In this document: one piece after another, positions 12,294 through 26,927 of the stretch
How positions within the stretch are numbered: the stretch's first letter is position 1
How the letters are laid out: every line of letters starts with the position of its first letter
NCBI GenBank assembly: GCA_002633005.1
Contig: NMRA01000126.1
Span: 775,839 to 839,838 of the forward strand
Reading direction: 5' to 3'
Length of the DNA: 64,000 bases
Source: Phoronis australis
Taxonomy: Eukaryota; Animalia; Phoronida
The notes under the pieces: generated by a model
The model's input: only the letters and a program-made list of their open reading frames with translations
Databases searched by the model: none
What the model was told of the DNA's origin: nothing
Translations under genes and position numbers: made by a program

Positions 12294-15200
12294 GTGACAG
12301 TGTATTTAAAAGATGTTAATTGCTTAAAATATTTTACACGACGAATTACAAGCGGACTTGAGCTTCTGCCTATTCAATGAAAATGTGTATCTCTATTGTA
12401 CTGAAAATTATCTAATGAATTATGACCATGAATAATATTGAACATTTGAGTGAGCTATAAGTGTTACACACGCCGATCATATGTGAGAAGTCCAACCTCT
12501 TGTTAACCGGGTCCGCCTACCTGAGTGCAGAACCCGAGGTCAAGAACGAATGTTTTGAGCTATAGGCGCAATCTTTTTTGGACGCTGTACTTAATGCCTA
12601 ATGCCTATAGGAACCATAGTTTTTAGCTGCTGGTGAATACTGCCATATTTCCAATGTGACTCAGTGAGATCCGCATAATGAGCAGTGTTCATCTCCAAGC
12701 ACAAATTTGAGGTTATACGAAAGTAGGGAGGTATTACGGATGGTTTGGGCGAAATGCGGTTGAATGAACCTAGTTTCCTCACAAGCGAGCAGTCATAACA
12801 AATTGTCAGTTCTTTCGATAATCTGAAATCTCATTTGACCACGGAACAATTTGAGACTAATTTCATAACGGTAAGTGTGACTAAATCAAAAGTTGATTTA
12901 ATTGGTCGAAGGCGCGAGTTTCAGCATTGCCGATTTACTAAGGTGAAATCGGCTGAGGCTGCACAGAGTTCACGTTAACAGTTTCTTAGTCTTAATAATT
13001 TCGATGACTGAGACTTATTCTTGGCACCAGATTTTGCTTTGAAAATCACTGTTTTTATTTCAGTTCGATTTTCAGCCTTCACTGACATTCGGCGAGACAT
13101 GTCAGTTAAAAATAGTCAGTAAACAAGTAATCCGGCTCTGACTAAATGGGAAGAGCGCGATCTCGTTACAGACGTCTGGTTCTATTGTCAATAGACGAGT
13201 TCACTGAACTGATGTACTGTAGACTCGAATTATTGACATGAGTATACCCAGGAGTGACTAAGAAATATTTTTGCCATAACAAATTGATGCATAGGGTTTA
13301 CAACTTGCCCAGACCACAGAGGGACACCAACGGAAGTCAATGAGATGTGCGTAAGTGCAATGATGGGTAAATAACTGCAGTGAAAACTTGGAAGTCAAAC
13401 TGAGAGAAAAGGGAATTAATCTGGCAAAATTTGTAAAAATTTTTAATGGGTTTTTCGGTATCTCAGCTCCATCTGCCAAATCGTGACTAACTATAAGGGC
13501 AAAACTCGACAAAATTCCAGCAAAGTGGCCAAAACATGTTCCGCGAGAGAACAGGGCATTCATCCGATGCCGGGTGACGGCCCTTGTGGCATATCTAAAG
13601 CCAAAACACAACAATTATTATCCATATTTTCATCTGAATCTTCTGTGACTATGTTCGTGCGGTAAGTGCTTGTCAGGTGAGTCGACATCGTTCTATTTTT
13701 GCTGTTTTTGTAGTTCTTACAATCGACCTTTCCACGAGGAATGTTGACTCTGGCTGATGACTCAGTGTTCTCTGTAATGAGCAACCACACGGCGCAGGCG
13801 TGAGGTCACAGTGTCAGGTTCTCTCAGGCGTTGGCAGTAGACGGTATGTCTTGATCCGATGAGGCAGGGCAGGATGAACATCGGACCGGCGAATTGAAAG
13901 GTGAGTGTTAAAAGATCTCGATCTGCAAAGAATGGTTTACACCACGTTATCCTGATAGACCGTTTGAGCATATTCATCGGCATGGTTACAAGTACCAGAT
14001 ACACACGCACAGTTTACAATACAAGCCCGATGACAAGCGGTCGGCTCCTTTGCAATCCAGAAATTGTAGTGCTTTTCAAGCAGTACATACTTTACTAAAC
14101 CCTTTTCAAGACGTACATCGAGCCGGCCGGCACATCGTGGTTATTTATAGGCGTGCTGGGTAAGAAATTGTCATGGCTGTCTCAGATTTCAAGACGCCTA
14201 TAGGCCTTCACCCATGAGCTTTAGTTATTGATCGTTAATATTATAATGATCCTGTAGACAAAACGCAAGCATAGTGTAATTTATGAATTAACCTTGCTTC
14301 ACGCTGTCTGGCTTGGACTACAGACACTTGAGTACTATAAACTTGTTAAACTGGTCGCGTTTGTTTTTTACTTGGTGTTTCTTTGCAAATCACGTTTTGT
14401 CCGGTTAAGTACCTTCAACAGCGGTACACATCGAGGCACCCCTGCGAATTCATGTTTTTTCTCGATCTAATACAAATGTTTAGCTAAGGAAAGCCTTGAA
14501 GCATGACAAAACCGGCCTTTTATCGTTTATTGAAAGAGGCGTAAATGCACATTTGAATAATATAGCGTTGAAAGCAGACAGGTAATATTAACATATCTGA
14601 TGTCTATAGTGAAAATGGTCACTCATTGAAACACTGCGCCACAGGCAAACACTGGTATTGGTCCCAGTTAGAAAATGTTGGTTACCTTTGATGGAGATTT
14701 GTTTAAAAAACAGTATTCGGCGTATATTGGGTTAACTCAAGTTTGGTGTTGGGGTGATAATGTATCGATGTTTATTTCATATCTCCGTTTTACCCCAATA
14801 CCCTTATCATGGGAGTCTTACAGGAACACCAAGCTTGAAATGGACTTGATGAAAAGGCTGTAATGCAACGCTGGTGTAACCCCGGTGAATCATTAGTGAA
14901 ACACTAAATAGAGCGGACAAAAATAGCGATTTGTCTTTCTGCAGTATGGCGTACGCCTCTAATAGCCTATGACATTAATTTCTTGTCAACAGTTTTTTGC
15001 CCTAGGTGTTAAAAACGGAGCAGTTCGAGTTCGTGTGGCGTTATAGTAGGATCATTACTGAATGGAAGTGCGTTACATCCCGTCATTTTGCAACATTTTC
15101 ACTCGGACAACTCGCTCGAGCCGGCATTTTTAACAGTCGAAAGGACATACCAGGTGGAATACTGTAGGTGGTAGTATAACATCGGTGTAGAGTTCGGTAG

Positions 15201-16899
15201 CTGTCTTGCGACTAGAAAAAAATAGTTAAACTCATATGTTCTCATTTATAATACACGGCAATATCTCGCATAATCTTGCGAAGTCTTGCTTTTTAGCGAA
15301 GTCCTTGCCGTAGGTCCTAGCAGCGTTACTGAATTCTACTAGGGTGACAAAGGATGTATGTAGCACTCCTGCGTCCGTTTGTGATCCAGTATTACATTAA
15401 CAGAGATCATTTTAGAAAAAAAAAAACGTAGCTATGGGTGAATTGACCCGCACACCTGAAGTCTATGGACCAGTTTGCAAGATCTATTGGCCGTGCTATT
15501 TTCACCCTTTTTCGCTTCCAATTTTAATGGCCCGTTGACTAAAGTTCAGCAATCGCAATGCGGCAATGAAATTATTTTTGCGCCAAGAGTGACGCGGGCG
15601 CGCTCCTAAAATTATCTCTGTACTAACCAGTGTAACATCAAGAGTGGTGAATGTAACTCATAGTTTAACACCTCGTATAACCCTGGTGTTACACTAACTC
15701 CGATGTTATCCTGGCGCTTACCTTGAAGTGACTTACGAAAACTCTATTTTCTGCTCTGTATATCGTTGTGAATTCTTTAAAATTACTCCTTTTTAAGAAT
15801 GTAGGTGGTAATCGTACTGAAGCATATATATGTGAAACTGTATTTTTCACCTCTTTATAACCTTAGTAATTCTTTAAAGTTACCGGGCCTTCCCCCAGTG
15901 TCAATATAAGAATCTTCATGATGATAAAAAAACATTCTGTCATAATGTCGCGACCTCTGAATGTAATTACAAAACTATCTGTTGTCATCATTTCCGTGAC
16001 AAATCCCCGCATAAGGTGACACTCAACAATTTTGATGTTTTGGGCTTGAAAAAGCAGGTCTTCTTGGCAGCTCCGACAGTTTGATCCACAGGGAGGGCAA
16101 ATCTTGAAACAATGAACAGTACACTGGGCCAAAGACTTCAAAAACCTTGCACAAAATATATGGAAACTCATTTCAAAGTCACTGCTTTCATCATTTTGGA
16201 CTACCGCAAGTGCAGTCGACTCCTTAAAAAACAAACAAAATACAAACCAGCGAATTTCACACCAAAGACACCATTCACATGCAATTGCTTCAAACTGAGA
16301 GACAGCATATTCAGACTGCCAAAACTCTCCAAATTTCAGAAATCGGCCAAATTTTTTACAAACCCAAAATGTCTGAAGGGTATCTGAATTTCCTACTAAA
16401 GGTTTAAGAAAACCACGACTGTCCAATTGGTCTAGGGGTCAACAACTGGCAATCTTTAATTCCGAACAGACGCAAAACTCAAGCGAAATGCTATTTTTAT
16501 CATTCACATGCATCACAAAACTTGAAAAAAATGTTCTGTCAACCCAACAGCCGCCAACTTTTGGACAGTTCCTGTAAATTCAACCGTTGGGTCAAAACGT
16601 GGGTCAAAAAACAATTCAGTGCCACCTGATGCTCCATACAACTCCAACTTTCTATTACAGAGACAACTGAATCGGTGCATATTCTTTAACTCAGTGTATG
16701 CCATTTAAAGTCTGTGAGTCAATAGTTTCCAGCTACCTTTTAGAAAATTGTGGGATATATACATGCTCCTCGCTATCTGTTGGCTATAAATGTAGTTGTA
16801 CGTCTCTGCTTTGATTGGTTGGGTTTACTCATATTGGTTGACCGGCGTCTCAAAATCCATTTTAGATATTCCACAAATTTCCCACCACAAAAAGGTCAA

Positions 16900-17960
16900 T
16901 TTGTAAAACACGTTGCAAGTCAGTTGTCGCATTGGTTTGCACCAAGCTTCGTCATTCAAGTACAGATAGAATTCTATGAGTACAAGAAGTTATACAACTT
17001 CACAGTTAATAATTGTTACTGTTTAAAAACCCAGGCGCCACTAACTATATCCAAAGTGAGATCGCTAGCAAGTTCTTTTCTTGCTAGGGCCACCGTCTGC
17101 GAGCGCAGGGGTTGCAGTATTGAATCCTCGCTTAGAAGCTGGTTCCAGAAAATGATTGTTCTAGTTTATAATATCCCTTTAAATATGACTTACACATAAA
17201 TACTTGGCTTGTTTGACAAGTATGAATACCAGCTTTGCTGGTCCAAACCATAACACCTCTTTCAGAACTCATTTACAAAAGACAATTCATTTACTACACC
17301 TTGATTTAACCAACGCAGAACCAAAACCTGATAAATTCTTAACATCTTGTCCTCAACAAGCTTTTTCTTGTATGCAAACTGAAATTGAAAATTATAACTA
17401 ATTTTAAGATATGTGCCGTCCTGAGCGTTCACATAATTCTTGATTATTCTGACGTATCTAGAAGACCATATCTCCGACCAAGCTCTCCGCCAGCTGTGAA
17501 GTTTGATGCACTAAGTCCAAGACCTAACGGAAGTTTCGAAAAACTATCATGCGCTGTTAGGAGCATAGTGCAATCCCCAAATTTCACGACTAGTATGACT
17601 TGAGGATTGGTAACACCTTTGAGTAAAAAAGTCAATCGCATTTCAATTTGCATGTACGGGAAACTAGACAATTAATGCTTGATATGCCTTGTATGCAAGA
17701 TTTTTATGAGCTGTTGTCCAAACACATTGGGTAGAAAACAAGTTCCTGAATAACAATAATTTGGGACTGCTTTGGCCAAAAATTGACCAACTTTCATCCT
17801 GTTTTAACTATCCACTACTGCTGAAAATAACCATCTTGGTTTTACCATTGTTGACATGTAACCTCCACATTTGGGAAGAATTCTTTAGACTATTCTCAAT
17901 CTTTTCACCATTATAACAGTCTCTGCAAACAAAAAGAAGTCGTCTGAACGCAATAGACAT
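16900..17960 (-). mobile_element. Degenerate non-LTR retrotransposon (LINE) reverse-transcriptase remnant
   Basis: Minus-strand translation with stops and frameshifts gives DDFFLFAET, WRLHVNNGKTKMVIF, NYCYSG, KNLAYKAYQAL, EIWG and LGLGLSASNFTAGGELGR, in the order typical of LINE ORF2 RT/thumb motifs. Confidence 0.7.
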
Positions 17961-19807
17961 TAAAATTTATGAAACCAATACTCACTGTTGAATCTCGGCT
18001 GGGTTTTATTCAGTAACATTTCCAAACGAAATGTCGTGTTTTCTCAATAAATTTCTTCCTTGTTACGTTTGCTTTAAAATTTTGTATACTACTATGACCA
18101 ACGATTTTGATGACAGATATCCGTTGTTTTACAATAAATCTGACACATTTCCTTAAGTATTTCTAGAAGTGACAAAACTGGAACATGATCGATGTTCAGG
18201 GCACTAAAACGTCACTTTTCACACATGCTCTCATCTAGAATTTTGAAAATACTTTTGTGGATTTAGGGCATTTAAAAACTAAGTGGAACTGAACGGACGT
18301 TTGTAAGCACCTCAAAACTACTTATAATTACAGCAATTATCACAGTAATCATAACAATTATGACCGTTCGACATTCTTTGATGACTAGACCTAGTCTAAT
18401 CGTGAAGCCCATCCAAAGTATCGCGTTATGTGTCATTACATTTGGGTGCTTTTATTGCTAAAAATTCCAGGGGCTTGTTTTATATTTTTGTCTTAACTGA
18501 GACCCGTTCATTATCAGCGAGAAAAGTGATAACCTGAAATCAGCCTCAAAGCGTAACTTTCGCGGTCGCAGTCCAAAGCTCCATGGTAGGACTAAACCCC
18601 ACTTGATAAGTGTCAAAGTTTTTCAAGCGTAATTAACTGGTTATGTCACCGCTCTTGACTCGAGCGAATGTCTGACGGACAACGGCGAGAATTGGCGATT
18701 CGTAATAAATGAAAACAACAACGAATTTTATTGTTTTATAGGTCTGGTCAAAGCTAACAACTTCAAGAAGACTATCATACCTCATCCAAGAGAATCCCAA
18801 AAATGCATTTTCGGCCGTAAAACCCATTACCGATAAATTCTCTTTAAGACTAAGACAAAACAAGTTTGAGGACGGAGCACGAATTCTACTCATTAATATT
18901 TTAGCATAAACGTAAGACAATATTGATATCATTGACTTACATACAGTAATTAAAAAGGAATTAGATTAACAGATAACTAGATAAGGCTAATTGTCATTAT
19001 TATTTCTCTGAATTGCATTTGAACACGCGAACATGTCAAAAATGTATACCGTGTTTTTAGTAGATTTGTTTATAAGTTACACATGTCATTTGACGTCGTG
19101 CAAATGTTGTATGGGAAATATTGGAAAAACATGTTCAGTAGTATAGCCATGGTTAAGAAATAACTGGGATGAACGGTATATTTTTGTGAATGTCAGTTGT
19201 GCAAATCGATGTCGACTACAGATGAGTTATATTTGGACCAACATAGCTGTGAGTCTGACCTATAGCCTTGACATTATACACACTCACGGTAAATTTATGC
19301 AATGTATCTGCCCGTTGGCACATACTCCCATCCGACCGTCTCTCCTGAAGCTACACTGTTTGAAGACTTGATCAAATGCCAGCACATGGAAACGTCGTGT
19401 GCAAAAAGCAAAATGTGGCGATTTATTGCAGTATAAGTTATCGACAAAATGTCAAAAATTTCCTCACTCATGTTAGAAAGGAATTCTGTGTTGGGCAGTA
19501 GTAATGGTCAAGACCATGCGGACCATATTGTGTGTCCAACTCAGTCTCAAACAATTATAACGAATTTCAGTTGTTTCCAAGCCCAGTAAGCTCCTCTGAT
19601 TTGAGTAAGGAACCAGTTAAAACCAGTATTACCTTGGTAACTGGTCTAAATGCAAACCAATCCATATGGAGTTATGTTATTTTTTCTCTTAATGCAGTGC
19701 ACAGGAGTAGCTCAGCGGGAAAAGGGCATCTGTAGACCTGAAGCAGTCGTATACGTTGTTTTTGTCGTTATGTTATGTTGTTTCATGTTAATGTTGTTCT
19801 AGGTAAC

Positions 19808-22800
19808 ATGGAAAGACCCGTGGAAAATGGGCAAATCAGCAAAAATGGCACATCAACAGAAGGGGTGAGTTCGAGCTGATTCCTTCTGTGCGTTGTTTTC
19901 ACGTACTCTAATAAAAGCTTTGGAGATTTTTACAATGCTCAATTAGATTATTTTTATAGGAGGTTACATGTTAAAAGGGAGTCGGCTCATTTTTTTCAGT
20001 CACTGGGGTTTCTCAATATCTCTTTATTTGTTCAACTGTGCCAAACGTTAGCGTGGGTTTCCATTCAAGGAACGTGCGTATTTCTAATGGGTTCAAGGAG
20101 ACCCCTTATTAATGTATTTATTCGAGATAATACCATAGTCATATACATATAGTCTGCAAAAGAAATTTTTATTATTACTTTCAACTGTCTGTAAACAGTA
20201 AATAATTTCAATTGTTTTCAAGCAAACGCATGCGACATTATAACGGTTACAAACTCGCGTTTCGTCAAAGAAACTAAGTTTTAATTTAGTCAACACTTCC
20301 CGATGGACAACTGTTCTAGTCTTGTTTCTAAGTGGGGCTAGAACGAGCATCTGGGCTTGAAAACAGCTCTCAGTTCGCTATTGCTTGAGACCATGCTCGG
20401 CTCATTAAACGACCCACCATGACAAGTCGGCTTGTAGAGCCTGGTGCCAAGCAACTGGGAACTATATGATATTTCAAGCCACGAAATCACTTCTATAATA
20501 ACTAAGGAACAATTCGAAACCAATTTCGTAACCAACTAGAATAAAAATTAGTTTTATGACGGAAGGCCGGTTTACAGTCATTTTAAAAGATGATGATGAT
20601 TTCTATATTTTCCAGAATAATGATTTGCCGAGATTCAACCGATTTGGCCAGCATGAGCCGGCTGTGGTCCGCATTCGAAATATCATCACCCAATACGTTG
20701 GAGAAGTGCGAGGGTTTGGTGTCGACGAGATAGTCAAAGAACTTGTACAAAATGCTGACGATTCTAGCGCAACAGAATTGCATTTTATTCTCGACAAGCG
20801 CACTCTCTCTGAAGAATCGGTGTGGCCAGAGTGGAGACCACTACAAGGGCCCGCATTCTGCATTTACAATAACAAACCTTTCTCTCAAGACGATATTTCA
20901 GCCATTCAGAAACTGGGTGTTGGTAGCAAGGGAACTAATCCTGACAAAACAGGCCAGTTCGGCATTGGTTTCAATGTTGTCTACCAACTGACAGATTGTC
21001 CAATCTTGTTGTCAGGTAATAGGGATGTCTGTATGTTTGACCCTCACATGACCTATATCCCTGGAGCCAATGACGAACGACCTGGTGGTCATGTTGATCT
21101 TATCGCAGATCCTAGTTTTAGAGAAACCTGGGAAGATTTTATGGATGGATTTTTACCACAGTTTTTCTCGAACGAAGACGCTACTATGTTTCGTTTGCCT
21201 CTTCGCCACAAAGACAACGTTTCTAGTATTTGCAAACTTGGTTACGGTGATAAAGAAATTGATCAAATACAATATCATCTTCAGTCGACGGACTTTCGTA
21301 TGTTCATGCATGACGCAATTTTGTTTACAAAAAATATCGAGAAGATAAGCGTTTCATGCATTAAGAAGAACGGTCAAATGGAAGATATGTGTGTAGTTTC
21401 TCGTCACATCAATGAGCAACAGAAGAATGAACTAAAATCTGCTTTCCGCCGCGTTTCCCAGGAGATGCGGTTATTTATTGAAGGAAAGATACCGGTCGAA
21501 GACATTCAAAGATTCTCTCTATTTTACGACTTAGTAACTAGAGATGAGTATAGTTCGTTCAAATGGCTTGTTAGTCAATCGTTTGGATTCCAAAAATCTC
21601 CTTCAGCTACTGACTTGGATTTTTTAAAGGTATACTTTAAAGAGGGATCTAAAAGATTTCTTCCTGTTGGCGGTATAGCTAGTAGACACGAAAACTTTTC
21701 AACCTTTAGAGGAGTCGTCTATTCTTTCCTTCAGTTACCTATTCCCACTGGCCTTCCTGTACACGTCAATGGCCACTTTGCTATTCACTCATCTCGACGA
21801 ACAATTTGGTCCTCAACTGCCTTTGGCCAATGGAACAGTCTGTTGCGAGAATGCGTGCTTGTACCTGCGTACTGCAATTTCCTGAGAGAGCTGACGAATA
21901 GACTGTCCCCTTCCAACGTATCTTTGCTCGTGTCCGTTCTTCCAGAGATTTCCAAAACGAAAGATGTGTTCTTTAGCGATTTGGTATCGGGTTTGTACAA
22001 TCATTTAGTTCATGGTAAATTTTCTGTAATTCCAATTACATTACCTGACGATGGTCTCGTGTTTTCAGATATTTCGGACGTGTTATTCGTTTCACAAAAG
22101 CCCAATGTCGAAATAGAGAATACGCTCACAAAACTTGGTTATAAGGTCTGCCGATATCAGGACATTTCCTGGAAATTGCAAAATAGCGGAATTAAAGATG
22201 TTCAGGTCATAAGTCCCAGCGTTGTCATCACGCGCCTGAAAATGTTGGCAAGTGTTATGAAGTTGCCTGAAGACGTCAGCCAAACACCTTTTGAGTCTCC
22301 TGCCCGGGTGGCACTGATTTTAAAGTACTGCTTGGGTGAAAACGCCTCTTCGAGTCAGTACTTAGCTCTTGATGGCGTTCCTTTGTGCCTAACATCAGAT
22401 GGCACGTTACGTGTCTTTAGCATATCTAAACCTGTGTTCGTTACAACAAGGTTTCCTGATCTCTTGCCCAACAACCCTGACCGTATTTTACACAAGGATC
22501 TTTGCAATCTCTTCACAATTCCACCAAACACGCAAGTTCTGCTTCCTGTCAAAAACCTCCTTGCTGTTGACCTGGCCAGTTTCCTTGAAGGCGACATGCC
22601 GTTTATGAAAACGGGCGAGTGGGCCTCATTGTTCTGGTCTTTCATCAAGACCGAAGTGTCACTTGGTCTCTCAGAACCTAGCCAGCTCCTGTTGCCGTTT
22701 CGTCCTTTGCCCTTGCTCCCATCTAGTCGAGGAGAGTATGTAACCCTTCGTGACGGAAAATCGCTGTTGAATACTGCAAAGGTAAATAGCGCAATCCGAG

Positions 22801-25800
22801 CAATTATTGCAAAATTAGACTTGCCAACTGTAGATTTCAGTTTGATGTCTTCTGCTTTTGCAACAGACCAAGAAATTGGACTGTGCATTCACTCGTTTGT
22901 TTTGGACGCCATGTTGCCAGAAGATTTCCTGCATAGTGTTTCTAAAAATGGCGTTAATAGAATTGATCTTACTGGTGAAGAGTGTGAATTGCTTTTGCAA
23001 TACATAAACATGGACGTTGGTGTGGTAAAAGATGAGGAACTACGCGAGACTTTGAAGAAGTTACCACTGTTCGAGACAGTCGAAGACACGTACACAAATC
23101 TACCTTCCGATAAGCATGTTGCAGTTCTTGACAATTGTATTCCTACGCGAGGCATATCAACTTGGATGGAGCGAAGTGACTGTGTTCTATTAAAAGAAAA
23201 GTCATCTTACAAAGTTCTTTACGAGGAACTTGGATTGTCTAGAGAAAACGCGATAGACGTCTATTTTCGCAATATTTTCCCTAACTTTGACAAATTTGAC
23301 GATGAACTTAGAATGGCGCACCTGCTGAGCTTAAGAGACACACTTATACCCCTGTTGCCAACATTTGGAACCGACGAGCTGAGAGAACAGTTTTGGATGC
23401 AACTGTCGGAATCGGCGCTCATTTCATTTGAAGGGAGTTTCTATCCAGTATGTCACTTTTACAAACCCGACATGACGATCATTGCGGTGCTGGGCACACA
23501 TCGTTCACTCCCTGAAGTGTTCACTTCTGATGAATGGATGTCTATGCTAACTTCAGCCGGATTAAAGAATAATCTTACGAATGAAGAGATACTGCAATGT
23601 GCAGTGAAGCTTGCCGAATCTGACGACCGTGAGAATTATGATAACGACGTTAAAATGTTGCTGGAAATTGCGACCAAGTCTGATCTCGTTGATGATGAAT
23701 GGAAACAATTAAGTGACATAAAATTCATACCACAAACACCAATTGAAGTCGATGACGACATGGTGAATATATGTCTACCAAAAGTTCCACTTGAGGACCG
23801 AATATGTCTCCGAGGGTCAGTACTGTACGAAAACATGAAAGATCGTCATCTGTATCGTTCATCCATTCTCGCTTGGAGCAGAGTTTCCTCTTTGCCGAAA
23901 TGGTTAAGTCTGCCTGAAAATAAATACGATTTATTAGAAATCCAAGAACGACCTCAAGTAGAAGATGTTTGTTTACACTGTGTAACCCTCTGCAGTGCAA
24001 TAAACGAGCACCTGCCTGATTCTGCTTTCACGGCCTTTAAGAAGATCATGTACTACGTGTTCGACTACCTTAAACCAGCCTGCCAGTGCAACAAGAAGGG
24101 CTGTCGAGACTGTGGAGGTTTGAGGGAGCTGTCCAAAGCTACTTGTAGATGCATACCTTTAAAGGGAGGTAAAGTTCTTGTGGCATCGAAGCAGATTGTT
24201 TTAAAGTTTCCTAAAGACATTGATGTTGATTTTCTTCAACCGTATGTTTATCAAAGACCTTCTGACTTGGGGAAATACGACGACCTGTTGAAACGAATAG
24301 GTTGCCACACTAAGCCAACACCCGATGTTTATGGGGAGATCCTTTACCGACTTCGTCAAGAAATTGGCAACTGTCCTCTTCAAGCAAATCAAAAACTGAC
24401 TGCAAGTATGGCAGTGTACGGACTCTTTACTTCACTGCAACAAGACTCTGCTCCCACCTTTACAATGCGACCACTGTATCTACCGTCAGACAAAGCTATC
24501 TTGTGTTTAGCCCAAGAGTTAGTAGCCAATGACAACGAACTCATCGCTAAGGTCGTACGCGAGAGACATTATGACTACATGTGTTCTATTTCGAGCTGCA
24601 ATCTCTCCAGGTCTGCCTCTGAGTACTTATCTTTCCTTCCTCTTGAAGTCAGGCCGAAATGTCTGTCCCACATTGTTTCGCAAGAAATACGAATTGACGA
24701 AAAGTGTGCTCATGGTGCTGCTTGTGACTTCATTCGGACATTTAGGCAGAGAATTAAGGCTAAGAAGTTTTACGATGCATTATGGTCTATAGCCAGGGTT
24801 CCTGAGTGTGAAAGAATTCAATTCAAGGAAGAACTTGACAGGCTGAAAATTTTAGACTTTGAATGTTGTGATGAAATGAGGACATATTTAACGGAAAACG
24901 GCAGAATTATAGACGATACAGAGAAAGACGAATGCGTGTTTCTTACCAACACACTGTCCGTGTGTAAGCTTTTGGTGAAACACGCCGATCAGTATCCTGG
25001 AACTCACGAACAAGTGTCGAAGGTGGCTTCTTCCCTCAAAGCTGTCATCTGCTTCAGTAAAGAGTTTTTCGTGGATAGTGGTCTTCTTGTTCGTCTCATC
25101 AGATGTCAAAATGACGATGAAATCGAGAACATGTTGATTGAAGAAGGTAAGCGTGTCGGACGTACTTCGCACAAATTGGTAGTTGTTATGAGTACCAAGT
25201 TCCCAAATTTTTCCAAAATCACAAAGAATGATTTGCACCAGCAGAACTTTTATTTTATTTCTCTAGTTAGTGAAAACCACGTTTGTTACAGTTTCAGGCG
25301 CTGTGTTTTGAATTAAATTTTTGTTCGAATGCATAACTGATTCTCGTTGACAGTTCAGTTTTAAAGTCCATTAAAGTAATCCAACGGAATTAATGAGATT
25401 GAACATTTTGTTCTAAAGTTAGTCGAATCGTTTTCTACAATTCAGTCTCCCATTTTTCAAAGTGATTCTGTGTGCGCTTTCAGGGCTATCAACCAAACAA
25501 GATGACATGTCGGCCCCTAAGCCGGGAAGTAGCGTCCCTGATCAGGAACAGTCCTTATTCAGCTATAACCCGGATGTAAGATTCACTCCCAAGGAATATG
25601 TTGGCTACCTGAAGCCGTCCGCGAGCGGTGGAGAACCGCAGCTTGTTTTCGCAAGAATTGTACGAGAGGCAGTTGAACGGACAAAAAATGCCGATGATGG
25701 ACCAGATATGTTTCGAGAGTATGACATTGACGTCGGTCTTGGGTATCCAATCACAGTGCAGTCTCTTGACCTGTGCAGGGAGGTCAAACGTCACAGCATA

Positions 25801-26870
25801 GACGAAAATAAAAAGGTTGGTATTTTCACAGGTGGCTGGATGCATATCTCTAGATAGAAACAATAATGCAGTACTTTGTAAACGGGCGTGTTGTGTCAAA
25901 GTGTGAAAAAATATTCTCGCTTAAATTCTGGGATGGGGCATAGTGTCTGCCAACTCGTCTTTCAGTACCTACTGCAGCGCAGAATTTGTAGGGGACAGGC
26001 GTGACACTTCCTTTCAAAATGACAACATCTTAAAATAGAGCAAAAAGAACTAAAAATTAGAAATAATCCACAGCTAGTCAGAATGGAACCACTTTTAGGC
26101 GCAGGTCCATGTTAGGTGGGACCCTTTTATAAGATCGGATTCCTTGTCAGATGTAGGACTTGTCATAGTTCCCTCCTTTAAATCTTTTTACGAAACTACT
26201 CCATTCACCATGACTTCACAATGCCCTCAACTCGACTCTTTGAAACGGTAGTTTTTGCGCCCAAAAAGCTCCCAGGGGCCTCTTTCTGAAACATGTATAG
26301 CGACCGCTGCGCTTTAAGTGGCCATGGGATAGAAATAGCAACTCTGGTTCTTTTTGTAGTCAGTTTTGCTTCTGAAAAAAGTCCAGCCACGAGATCTTTG
26401 AAAATTTTTAACTTAAATATACTGAGGGTGAATTTCATCAAGCAAAAGATATCACTAAAATATGTAATTTCCTAATTTTCAACTCTGGTTTTGTCGTATT
26501 TTTTTGTATTTTTTAATTTTTTGAAAAGTGGGCGAGTTTCCGTGGAAACTTCATTACATATAGTGGCAGTTGAATAAATACCCATGATGCATTAGTCAGT
26601 TGCCACTTTAATTCTGTTGAATGGTCATTATTTGGGTTTAAGTGCCTACTGAACTAACTTGCATTAAAATCTGTTTGATGAAGTTCCTAACTAAACTGCA
26701 GGGGAAAGAATATCTTTAATGGCCATTCTTAGGTTAAATATTCGAAAACTGACTGTACATTTGATCTGTAGTAGTCATGCAAAACGATCCCGAAACAGGC
26801 TCTGTGGGGACTTTCTCTTGGTGGAGCTTTTTCGGGATCACCAGTACAGTATTCAGGGTAATGTGACTAA

Positions 26871-26927
<57 letters not shown>

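Noticed and set aside
15863-16750. 187-aa minus-strand ORF and overlapping ORFs
   Set aside because: No gene structure; the plus strand weakly resembles a decayed LINE linker, too degenerate to call.
20556-20615. ORF-track start (MTEGRF...) and the read-through tail 25147-25316 of the 1586-aa ORF
   Set aside because: Both are most likely intronic: a good acceptor lies at 20615 and a good donor at 25147, and the downstream J and HEPN exons join in phase.
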